This document shows, piece by piece, positions 1-9,500 of a stretch of DNA of 64,000 nucleotides (the stretch's first letter is position 1; the number at the start of each line of letters is the position of its first letter). The stretch comes from a virus. Below the pieces are notes generated by a model, which had not been told where the DNA came from, made no database searches, and saw only the letters and a list, made by a program, of their open reading frames with translations. The position numbers and the translations under genes were made by a program. The stretch covers positions 32,001-96,000 of the IMG/VR virus record IMGVR_UViG_3300020274_000001. One strand, given 5' to 3'.

Positions 1-1
1 A

Positions 2-499
2 GAGTGTAAGCAAGAAGGAATTGAATTCCTATTTGGCAACCTTCCAGACATCAATATCGATACACCAGAAGGTAAAATGCTCCTTACGCAGATGTCTTCT
101 GTGGGTGAATATTTCCGTAATGACGGTAAGAGAAAGACCCGAGCAGGTATGGCCAGATTGAAGGCTGAAGGTCGTTGGCTCGGAGCAACTCCATACGGAT
201 TTTATGCCATTACTAAGCATGAAGACGAAGACAATTATGGGCTACTTCTTTACGACTTTGCAGAGTTAGATGCGCTGGTAAAATTGTTCCGTCACTTTAC
301 TACTTCTCGGCCACCATCATATTCCGCAACAGCCAAGTATTTGAATGAACAAGGGATACCTACACGCAGGGGGGGCCAATGGTCCAGAAAGCATGTTCAA
401 AAGTTACTAACGCACGCTGTGATGCGGCGTTACAGAGATGAATTGGGCCGCAAATACGGCGAATATTTTCCAGATGGAATTGTGGAAGAGGAGGAATGA
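2..499 (+). CDS. Serine recombinase/resolvase, 5'-truncated by window edge
   Basis: Frame open from nt 2; IDTPEGKMLL..GEYFR, TRAGMARLKAEGRWLG.TPYGF, recombinase domain AKYLNEQGIPTRRGGQW. Confidence 0.85.
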   Translation, partial: ECKQEGIEFLFGNLPDINIDTPEGKMLLTQMSSVGEYFRNDGKRKTRAGMARLKAEGRWLGATPYGFYAITKHEDEDNYGLLLYDFAELDALVKLFRHFTTSRPPSYSATAKYLNEQGIPTRRGGQWSRKHVQKLLTHAVMRRYRDELGRKYGEYFPDGIVEEEE

Positions 500-702
500 A
501 AATGCCAGTAAAATTGAATGAAGGAGAGATGAGAGAAGCAGAATGGTGGTGTAGACACCACAAGGATAACGTGGCATACTTGTGCGTAGTCTTGCGCAGA
601 ATAATGAGGGCGCATGAAGAAAATGATGCAGAAGATATGGCAGTAAACATCAGAATGATGCAAGCGCAATTGCCTGCTTTTGAAGAAATATCGAGGTCGT
701 GA
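496..702 (+). CDS. Hypothetical protein
   Basis: 68-aa ORF overlapping previous stop, GGAGG-like SD. Confidence 0.55.
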   Translation: MKMPVKLNEGEMREAEWWCRHHKDNVAYLCVVLRRIMRAHEENDAEDMAVNIRMMQAQLPAFEEISRS

Positions 703-703
703 A

Positions 704-1162
704 ATGGGCGGAATCAAAGACGCTGTAAAGCGAGATTTAGTCCTGTGGAATGACATTGCGCAGAAGATATGGTTTAGCGTTACCCGTAATCAACCATCAG
801 ATATCAAAGAGGCGTTGATGTTCGACATCACTACTCAAAAGATGGCAGAAGTAGCAACTCTCAAAGATGAAAAATTGATTCGTGCTTCGTTTGAAGCAAT
901 GGTGGAGGTTGTAACTCGGCGGAAGAATCTTATCGAAATAATCACTTCGACCATCGGAGGTAAAGAAGAATTCTCTCGGATTGACCTCGATTGGGCACTA
1001 CGATACGGTGCGGAATTCTTTCCAGAAAGTGTAACAGATTGCTTTGAAAAAGAACGAAAAGAAGTATTCGAAAGGATGATGGATACCGGAATGAGGACCA
1101 GAGTCAAGTCAATAATTGACAATGTTGGCGAGGTTAACCTTGATAACCCATACGAAACATAG
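704..1162 (+). CDS. Hypothetical protein
   Basis: ORF in tight operon; in-frame ATG at 704. Confidence 0.6.
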   Translation: MGGIKDAVKRDLVLWNDIAQKIWFSVTRNQPSDIKEALMFDITTQKMAEVATLKDEKLIRASFEAMVEVVTRRKNLIEIITSTIGGKEEFSRIDLDWALRYGAEFFPESVTDCFEKERKEVFERMMDTGMRTRVKSIIDNVGEVNLDNPYET

Positions 1163-1169
1163 TGGTAAC

Positions 1170-1598
1170 ATGGGCAAGACATACTATACCTATGAAGGAA
1201 AGAAAAAGACACTCGGAAAACTATCTGCAATGTTCAACGACCTCGTTCTCGTCGAAGATGAATGGGTTGCCGCAATCCAGAAACAATTCAACAAATCTGG
1301 ATATATGCACCTACTTGCATTCGTAAAGAAAGTGGTTCGCCACGAATTATCTGTTGACTTGACAGATGCACAAGCATGGTTGGTTCTTCACGACTTGACC
1401 AATGATGGCGTCCCAATGGCTCTCCGAGATGTTGAGTCAGACGAAGATGCGAACGCCGCTAAAATCCTAAAGAGTGCGGTTGCTGGTGTTGCTAACACTG
1501 TAATGGTGCCTTTTGAGGCCACTGCGCAGGCTTTCAAGAAAAAGAAAAGCACCGAAATCGATGAGGAACTCCCAACAGAAGAAACTGTTGAAGAGTGA
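1170..1598 (+). CDS. Hypothetical protein
   Basis: ORF in operon; ATG at 1170. Confidence 0.6.
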   Translation: MGKTYYTYEGKKKTLGKLSAMFNDLVLVEDEWVAAIQKQFNKSGYMHLLAFVKKVVRHELSVDLTDAQAWLVLHDLTNDGVPMALRDVESDEDANAAKILKSAVAGVANTVMVPFEATAQAFKKKKSTEIDEELPTEETVEE

Positions 1599-1654
1599 TT
1601 TGTTATAGGTTATTATCCGTAATCTCTATAACCATCTTATCTTTGGTTCTCGAC

Positions 1655-2242
1655 ATGCGAGCACGTGTTCCTATTGTCAAATATTTGTCAATGGTTTCTA
1701 AAGTGGAGCCTCACAAGAAGACTACACGGTTCTACTTGCAGATGTCAAACCACCCGATAGAAGCGGGGCATGTGCTGTTTGACGATAACCCTCGTGGCTC
1801 AAACAACATGCATGTTCTCACTACTTTACTCGACTACTTGAACGCTGGAAAGTCATGTCCTAAGTGTGGGTCAAAAGACTCGGCATTAAGCCAACATCGG
1901 GGCATCGATTACCACATTTGTTCAGAATGTAATAACCGGTGGATACCGTCTTCAAACTTACCGGATGACTTCATGGGAACCACCCCTGTCTATCGACCGA
2001 AGAAAGAGAAAGACGAGTTCAAAGGTGTAAGTGCTATTGAAGTCGGAGAAGCCGGGCTCTTAGAGGGATGGCACAAAAAGGACTCTGAATGCTACGCATG
2101 TCGTTGTCCTGTTCACAACGGACAAAGTGTCAACAGTATGGTAGTGTTCAATGACGGACACTTCTACTGCCACATGAATTGTGATGGTAAAGAGATATAC
2201 CGAGTGCTGAAAGAATTGAAGAAAGAAGGAGGAGTTGAGTAA
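1655..2242 (+). CDS. Zn-ribbon plus CHC2 primase-type Zn-finger protein
   Basis: CPKC..CSEC and CPVH...FYCHMNC motifs. Confidence 0.6.
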   Translation: MRARVPIVKYLSMVSKVEPHKKTTRFYLQMSNHPIEAGHVLFDDNPRGSNNMHVLTTLLDYLNAGKSCPKCGSKDSALSQHRGIDYHICSECNNRWIPSSNLPDDFMGTTPVYRPKKEKDEFKGVSAIEVGEAGLLEGWHKKDSECYACRCPVHNGQSVNSMVVFNDGHFYCHMNCDGKEIYRVLKELKKEGGVE

Positions 2243-2730
2243 TGGAAACAATATACATGACTGAATTAGAACACAAAGGAAACTTACGAATCGTGGTCGA
2301 GGTTCATACTTCTACCGATGGTTTTTCTAATTTAGAAAGCAGGAAACCGAGAATGATTCTAAGACCTGTCCGTAAAGAAAATGAAAACCCGAGAAATCTA
2401 CCAGAAAGAGAATTGCCTCGTAACTACAATGTAAGGGCAAGGTATCTTCGTGACGAAGAGAGTTATGATGTCAACTTCGACATTGACTCCACTAAGGCGT
2501 TTGAATGGTTTCGAATGGTCGAGAAGGATGAACACCCATACAGGGCCGCATATTACTTTACGAACATGTTCCTTGCCGCAGGACTGCCTGTCGGATTGCA
2601 ACTTACCAAGGCCAGCATCGACCAAATCAATTATTCGCTATCTTCGATAATCCAACACCAGAAGTGGATATCCGAAGGACATGTCGGAACAGAATACATG
2701 CACTACATGTTACCGGAGGACTTACTATGA
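2242..2730 (+). CDS. Hypothetical protein
   Basis: 162-aa ORF, stop/start overlap. Confidence 0.6.
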   Translation: METIYMTELEHKGNLRIVVEVHTSTDGFSNLESRKPRMILRPVRKENENPRNLPERELPRNYNVRARYLRDEESYDVNFDIDSTKAFEWFRMVEKDEHPYRAAYYFTNMFLAAGLPVGLQLTKASIDQINYSLSSIIQHQKWISEGHVGTEYMHYMLPEDLL

Positions 2731-3050
2731 AACTTTACGGCAATCATCTATTGCAACAAATGCGTCAAATGATGATGAGAGGCAAAGTGAATCCTAACGA
2801 GATGGCAAGATACAATGAAATTGTGCGAGTTGGAGACGCAGTTATCAACAGAAACACCAATACTATTGCCAGAGTCATCAGAAAAGACGAGGTAATTGCT
2901 GGAGCATACTTTAACATGGTTACCGTCTACGTCCTACAATATCCAGACAATACCACCCATCGATGGGGCTTCAATGATATGGCAGAATGCTGGAATCTAT
3001 GTCAACCACCAGCCATGGAGGAGTCAATGCTACCGGAGGAATTGAGATGA
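2727..3050 (+). CDS. Hypothetical protein
   Basis: ATGA overlap, GGAGG SD. Confidence 0.55.
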   Translation: MKLYGNHLLQQMRQMMMRGKVNPNEMARYNEIVRVGDAVINRNTNTIARVIRKDEVIAGAYFNMVTVYVLQYPDNTTHRWGFNDMAECWNLCQPPAMEESMLPEELR

Positions 3051-3156
3051 AAGAAACAGACGTCAAACTACTTGCAATGTTACTAATGAACACCATTTAC
3101 AATGACATTCGTATGATTGTCAGAGAGGAATTAGAGAGAGCAAAGGAGGAATAGAA

Positions 3157-6100
3157 ATGGTCACAATTATCAACAGTGTATTGAAGAACGGAGAAGATGT
3201 AGGTCTGATTTCTGTAAGATGGAGAGATGAAGACGGTAATCGACAAGAAGATGTGTTCCGTCACAATCCGTATGTCTACCTTGACCCTGCAAATGTCAAC
3301 CAATTGCAATCAACGAAAGAAGTGGTAGCAGGGACACCTCGTGCTTCATTCCCGCTTTCAGAGAAAGCATTTGCTCGCCGTCTGAAAGAGTGGCGTCGTA
3401 AGAAATCATACGACAATAGAGCCATCTGGGAACAGGGCGTAAAGATGGATGGAGTTGTCCATGTCGAAGAAGACCCCGACACTGTCACAAGAGATGGTGT
3501 CACTTTGACTCGTGTTGAATTCAGAGATGCACGCTCCCGTTCTGCTTTCCGTCGTGCCTATTCCGGTCTATCTGCTTCCAGAACCAAGCATGAGGAACAG
3601 TTCTGTATACGCCCTCCTATGGAGAAGGATTCTTTCGAATCGTTGTTTAACGACTCTCCTACACATACGCTATACTTTGACCTTGAATTACTCCAATATC
3701 ACGGTAATGGAGACTTCCCCAAATACACAGATATGCGTAATCCTCGGCACGATGTCCGCATAGGATTGAACAGTGCTGGGCTACAAGAGATGTCTCTGAT
3801 TGCAGTATACGCTGATTGGCTCGACCAATACCTTGTATGGGCACATCACCCTAACTTTGCCGAGTATGATACCGGTGCTTTACCGAGAGAGTATGCAGAT
3901 ATGGGAGAAGTCCGATACTTCAACGATGAGCGAGAGATGCTTGAGAATTTCGTGCAATGGATAGATATTATGGACCCAGACATGCTTGTAGCATGGAATG
4001 GTGACGGATACGATTTACCTATGCTACGCTACCGTCTTGAGGTAACAGGAGTCGGTGCTGACCGCATGTCTCCACGAGTGTCCTCTTCTAACGGTCAATT
4101 TACTACTACACCAGATTACCTGCCACCGTCTGACAATTGGACAGAGGAAGGAGAGCGTGTAATGAAGGGCAAATATGCCGCTTCCCGACAACCAATTCGT
4201 GGTAGGGCGAGTATTGACTTGCAACCTGCTTTCGTAGGTTGGTGGCGTTCTACCAAAGGACAAACACTTGGGTCGTATATATCGCTCGACAGGGCTACAA
4301 ATGACCTTCTCAAAGACTACATTAGTGTGGGTAAAGCAACAGACTTCAAGCCAGACTTTGACGACAAGACCTATGATACCTTCATTGAGGATTATATCTA
4401 CTATAACATAGTTGACGTAGCCGCTATGGTTGAAATCGAACGATATGCAAATGTCATCGAATTGCACCTTGCTATGCAGAATTTCTTGAAGGTTCCATTT
4501 GGCTCTACTTTCAACTCTACTCGCTTCTGTGGTGTCATGTTCAGTAAGGAGGCAGGGTTCCTTCCTGTCGACCCTGTATGGGATAATCAGCCCTATCAGA
4601 CCTATTGGGCATACGACCCCGAAACAGGAGAGCGTAGCGATACTGGAAACTTGCTTGACCCGAAGAACAAAGACGACGGTTTGGCGTATGAAGGTGCAGA
4701 AGTCGTGGACGTTCTATCCGAAGGTAACAAAGGATTACACTTCAATGTAGCCGCTTTCGACGCAAAGTCAATGTATCCATACAACATTGTGGGTAAGAAC
4801 ATCTGCTGGTTGACGGCATACAAGCCTCAAGAGGGCGACCCTAACGCCGTGTGGTTCGATATTCACTTGAGGAAAGGAAAGAAAGTGGTCGGTCGAGAAT
4901 CGATTGCTTTCCACCCAGCCGACAAGATGGAAGGCTCTTTGCCACGCATCGTATCTGTTGTCCTTGAGCGTCGTGCTCATTACAAGAAGGTGGCCAAGGA
5001 GTGCCGTCTTGCTGGTGACGACCTTGGTGCAAAGCAAGCCGATAACATGCAGAAGGCTGTGAAGGTTGTAGCCAATTCCTTCTATGGTGTTCTTGGTAAT
5101 GCTTGGGAATGGGGTCGAGATTCTCTTGACTTTGCTACATTCGGCCTTGCAGGTGCTACTACCAAATTCGGTAAGAAACAGGTTCAAAGTTGCCGTAAAT
5201 ATTGTGAGGACCTTGGTTACAAATCTATCTTCGGGCACACTGATTCTGTGTTCGTGAAGATGGGAGACGACAGGACTGTCGAGGACTGTATCGAGCAATG
5301 CCTAACCTTGGCCGATGACATCAGTGCCCACATCCAAAAAGACCTTGGTCACACAGGCGCAGAGTGGGAATTCGAGCAATTCATGGACCGATATTTCATT
5401 GCGAAAAAGAATCGGTATGCTGGTCGTATTGCATGGGTCGATGGTGAAATGGTTACCGATAAGCCGCTATCTCAACGACTGAAAGCGTCTGGATTTGAAT
5501 TGAAAGCCGCTAACACTTCCAAGGTTGTCCGAGATGTCCAATTGGAGACTCTGTCGTTGATGTTTGACGGTGCTGGTTTCAACGAGGTTGTTGATTTCTG
5601 CCGAGATAAATACGATACTGTGGCCTCTGGTAAAGTCCCTGTGGCTGAATTGGCTCCCCGTATGACAATCCAACAACATCTACCCCACCGATATCAGAAA
5701 ACTGGTTGGAATCGCTACTCTCCTTGTAGTTGTGGTGGATGCCCCATTATGGTCACTAAGGGGATGACAAAGGCCCAGAAGGGCGGACTTCGTAAGAATC
5801 GCAAGGATGACCTATGTTATACCATACAGGGTCCTCGTGGGTCAGACCACAGACGATACACCGTAGGTGAGCCTCTATGGAGACTAATGGATGAGCGTGC
5901 ATCTGCGGCGGCTTGGTTCAATGATTTCATTGCTAATGAGAATGAGCCTCCTATTGTCAAGGGTGAGTCGTTTTACTCCATACCTGTCCGAGATGGTCCC
6001 CATCCTGTCCCATACAGGAATAACAAGGTTCTGGGCCGTCAGTATGGCTTCATTGGTGTCCGTAGCATAGAACAAGCCGGGGCGTTCACTCCAGACTTTG

Positions 6101-6219
6101 AGGCTCTTGCCAATTCTACTGTTGTTGAGCCTCTCAAGAACGTGTTTGAAGGTATGCAGTGGGATATTGAAATCATCCGTGGTTTCAGACCTCCTACTCT
6201 CCAAGAATTTCTCTACTAA
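3157..6219 (+). CDS. polB: Family B DNA polymerase
   Basis: Exo motifs YFDLE, WNGDGYDLP, YNIVD; pol motifs FDAKSMYP, KVVANSFYG, FGHTDS. Confidence 0.95.
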   Translation: MVTIINSVLKNGEDVGLISVRWRDEDGNRQEDVFRHNPYVYLDPANVNQLQSTKEVVAGTPRASFPLSEKAFARRLKEWRRKKSYDNRAIWEQGVKMDGVVHVEEDPDTVTRDGVTLTRVEFRDARSRSAFRRAYSGLSASRTKHEEQFCIRPPMEKDSFESLFNDSPTHTLYFDLELLQYHGNGDFPKYTDMRNPRHDVRIGLNSAGLQEMSLIAVYADWLDQYLVWAHHPNFAEYDTGALPREYADMGEVRYFNDEREMLENFVQWIDIMDPDMLVAWNGDGYDLPMLRYRLEVTGVGADRMSPRVSSSNGQFTTTPDYLPPSDNWTEEGERVMKGKYAASRQPIRGRASIDLQPAFVGWWRSTKGQTLGSYISLDRATNDLLKDYISVGKATDFKPDFDDKTYDTFIEDYIYYNIVDVAAMVEIERYANVIELHLAMQNFLKVPFGSTFNSTRFCGVMFSKEAGFLPVDPVWDNQPYQTYWAYDPETGERSDTGNLLDPKNKDDGLAYEGAEVVDVLSEGNKGLHFNVAAFDAKSMYPYNIVGKNICWLTAYKPQEGDPNAVWFDIHLRKGKKVVGRESIAFHPADKMEGSLPRIVSVVLERRAHYKKVAKECRLAGDDLGAKQADNMQKAVKVVANSFYGVLGNAWEWGRDSLDFATFGLAGATTKFGKKQVQSCRKYCEDLGYKSIFGHTDSVFVKMGDDRTVEDCIEQCLTLADDISAHIQKDLGHTGAEWEFEQFMDRYFIAKKNRYAGRIAWVDGEMVTDKPLSQRLKASGFELKAANTSKVVRDVQLETLSLMFDGAGFNEVVDFCRDKYDTVASGKVPVAELAPRMTIQQHLPHRYQKTGWNRYSPCSCGGCPIMVTKGMTKAQKGGLRKNRKDDLCYTIQGPRGSDHRRYTVGEPLWRLMDERASAAAWFNDFIANENEPPIVKGESFYSIPVRDGPHPVPYRNNKVLGRQYGFIGVRSIEQAGAFTPDFEALANSTVVEPLKNVFEGMQWDIEIIRGFRPPTLQEFLY

Positions 6220-6528
6220 AGCGCATACGTTAGGGGTTAAAAAAAATTAAAGTAGTTTTTTTCGGGGCACTGCGCCTATGAAAAAACGTTAATTGGAATT
6301 TAAGCCACCTAAGCAGGCTCTCTGTGATGCGAATTTTAGAGTTAGTGTGAAACATTAACGCATTCTATAATTTTTCAGACGTCGGAACCATGCTTATTGA
6401 TTGCAATAACGACTTGGAATATGTTCTAAGACACTTTTACTTTTTATCACCCGTCCCCCCGGAAATACGTGCCGCATACGTTAGGGTAATCTTGCTTTCG
6501 CTAAACCATGCGAGTAGCATGTCACTAC

Positions 6529-9500
6529 TCACTCGGTATACTTGAGTAACTCTTGACCGACCAACGGTGCTCTTCCTGCTATTGTTGAGCCTGTGACAGA
6601 GCGCATATCGGATACATTTCCAATCACTACTCCTCCTCGCAATTGCTTCTTCACGTCTTCCATAGCCATCGAATCGAAAGTATTGACGGAATTCGTCCCT
6701 ATGTTGCCAGAACCCGGACCTAAACCAATCAGTTTACCTTTAGCAGATATTGCTTCTGCGATAGTAGTGACATACCGGTAATCATAGTCACCTATTCCGC
6801 TTGAAGCATTCATCTGATAATTCAGTTGGTCCGCTACACAGGCTTGAGCGGCTTCTATTCCGAGGAACTTCTCTACTGTCTTAGGGTTGTCACACCATAT
6901 TGAGTCAACGTCAACATAATCTCCAAGTAATCGGACAAGGCCATCCCACACCTGTTCATGAGCAGAATCAATTTGCAAACCATACTTTCCATCTTTACGG
7001 GTGATGTATGTGGAACCTCCTTGTGGTAATCCGGATACTTGAACCAGAGAAATGTAGTCTCGCATGTTTAGCATTGCTCTGGCAGAAGTAGAATTCACCT
7101 TGATAACGAAGTTATCTCCTTCACCAATCTCTGCTCTCAACTCTCCGTCTGGTGAACTTTGCAGGTCACGGAAGACCCTTCTCACTTGTCTCATGGCAAA
7201 CTCAAGGTCGATGCTCTTATCTCGGGCCTTCTTTCTATCAACATAGAAGATACATAGCCCGTTCTCTACATCGTAGTCTACAACATCAAGTATGTCGCCA
7301 ATAAATTGAACTGAACACCAATCTGCAATACGGTCAGCGTCTTCCTCATTCCAATACTCTGGCTTCAGAGTGACGTAGGTAAACACCTGCTTACCCGGGT
7401 CGCTTTGGTCGGAACACTGGACAATTTGGTCAAGACGGTCCACAGATGTTCCCTGTCCTTTACCACCAGCGTGGAATGTTCTAAGTGAACCCTGTGTTGC
7501 CGGTTCTGCGAGACAACCTGCGGCGGTAGAACCGATTGCTTCTCCGGGCTTAACCTTGTTCTCTTCAATCCACCAGAGTAATTTGTCTACCATTGTTTTT
7601 ACCATGGGCTTCATGACCTCTCTTTTAGATAGAACATGTTTTACAGCCGAAATTAGTTTGTTAAGGTCGTGTTTCTTGGAAATTTCGTCTTCGAAGAACT
7701 CTATATGGGCACTTCCTTTAACACACTCGTCGCAATCCATCCCAAGTGGAACCTTGTGTTTACATGTAAAGTCGAAGAAATACGGTTGTAATTCTATGGT
7801 AAAGTCTTCGTCGGGCCCGCTAACAGTAAAGTCTTCTTTTACCTGTCCGTCTGGGAATCGGTGAACCATCTTAGCAGAGTATGGTCGGAACCCGTCTCCA
7901 CCGGCTCTGAAGGATATAACCGAGTTATCTTTCAAGTCTATGGTCTTTCCATCCTTATCTACCACAAGTGATTCTAATGCTCTCCTTACCCTGTTAGCGA
8001 GATAACCAGAGTCTTGTAGAGCACCAGATGAAGATTCCATGTCTGACCTTCTTCCGGCAACAGAAGCCATGAAGTATTCGTGTGGCTCCATTCCGGTGTA
8101 ATATGAGTTACGAGTATATCCATTGTGTATTGGGTGCTCTATATCGTATCCACTAAGAGGATAGTGAGAAAAGTTTCGTGGTAGAATCGTGGTATGTTGT
8201 ATTATTTCTTGAGGGGCCATTTCTCCATCTTCATTCTCTTGATAATTCTTGTATGAAGTCCACCCTTTACTTTGGAAGCCTCGCACTGGCAGAACTCCAG
8301 AAATCCTAACTTGTCCGTATGCCGCCCCCATCTGTTGGATGTTGAGTTCCTTACCTCTGCCCCCAGACCTAACTGCAATCTCCATAGCGTTGTCTGCACC
8401 AGCGATTTGAGATACTGCCATAGCGACACCATCTTCCCAAGGTGCCTGTGCTTCGTAAATGAGCATTTGACGGAACTGATATGGATTCTTATCGAGAATC
8501 TGTTGCTTCTCTGATTTAGAATAATCTGGAGAAAGCCATTTGTCACTATCCACATACCTCTGTAAGTTATAATTAGCGAAGTCGATATTTATCTGCTTGC
8601 ATACTTCGGAGGTTGTATCATAACCCGCTCGTATGTCTTCATAGTATTCCATAGGTAAACCACAATCTGCAACACCCATCGAATAACCTACTGCGTGATG
8701 TGCGGCAAATCCAAGACGGCACAACATATCGATGAATTTCTGCATCTGCTTACCGCCTTCTTCGTAACCAAAGCGATAATAGAACGCGGGAGCAATTGTT
8801 CCCTTTTCTTTACCTGCGAATGTCTTGTCAAGCGTTCCCGTAATCATCTCACCGTCAATGATTACCGTCGTGTCTTTTTCGGGCTTTCCTTTATCGTTGA
8901 GAACCATAGAGCCGTCTTCTTTGTAAAGTATACCAGACTTGAATTTAGCATTGATTCCATCTGGTAGTAGGAGACTTATGCACCGATATCCAGAATAGTA
9001 TTTGCCTTTGACATCGGGTTTACCAATGTCTTCGATATATTGGATACGAGCGTCTCCATCTGGTAGTAGGCTTCCGTCTTTGTGGTATACTTTACTGAAT
9101 AATTCAAGCATACTCTTCTTACTGAAATAAACTACGCCATCTGAATCGAAACCGACACCGATGGACTCGTTGAAAGTATTAGCCTTACTCTTATGCTTCA
9201 TTGTCAAGAGATAAACACCAGAAGTCTGGTCGTGGTCTGTTCCAATTACCAACTTACCCATACGGTGATGAAGCATATTGTCCCTCAACTGTAACTTATC
9301 TCTTATTTCGTTCATGGCCTCTTCAGACCCCGGAACATAGATGTTCATTTGGTCACCGTCATAATCTGCGTTAAATGGAACACAAATCGCAGGATTAAAC
9401 GATATCGAATGCTGGTCTAACGGAACTACTCTCAATCCATTCAATGATTGACGATGTAGGGAAGGCTGTCGGCCAAACAAAACATAATCTCCGGGCAATA

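Noticed and set aside
6230-6486. Telomeric TTAGGG
   Set aside because: Only two isolated copies, not tandem.
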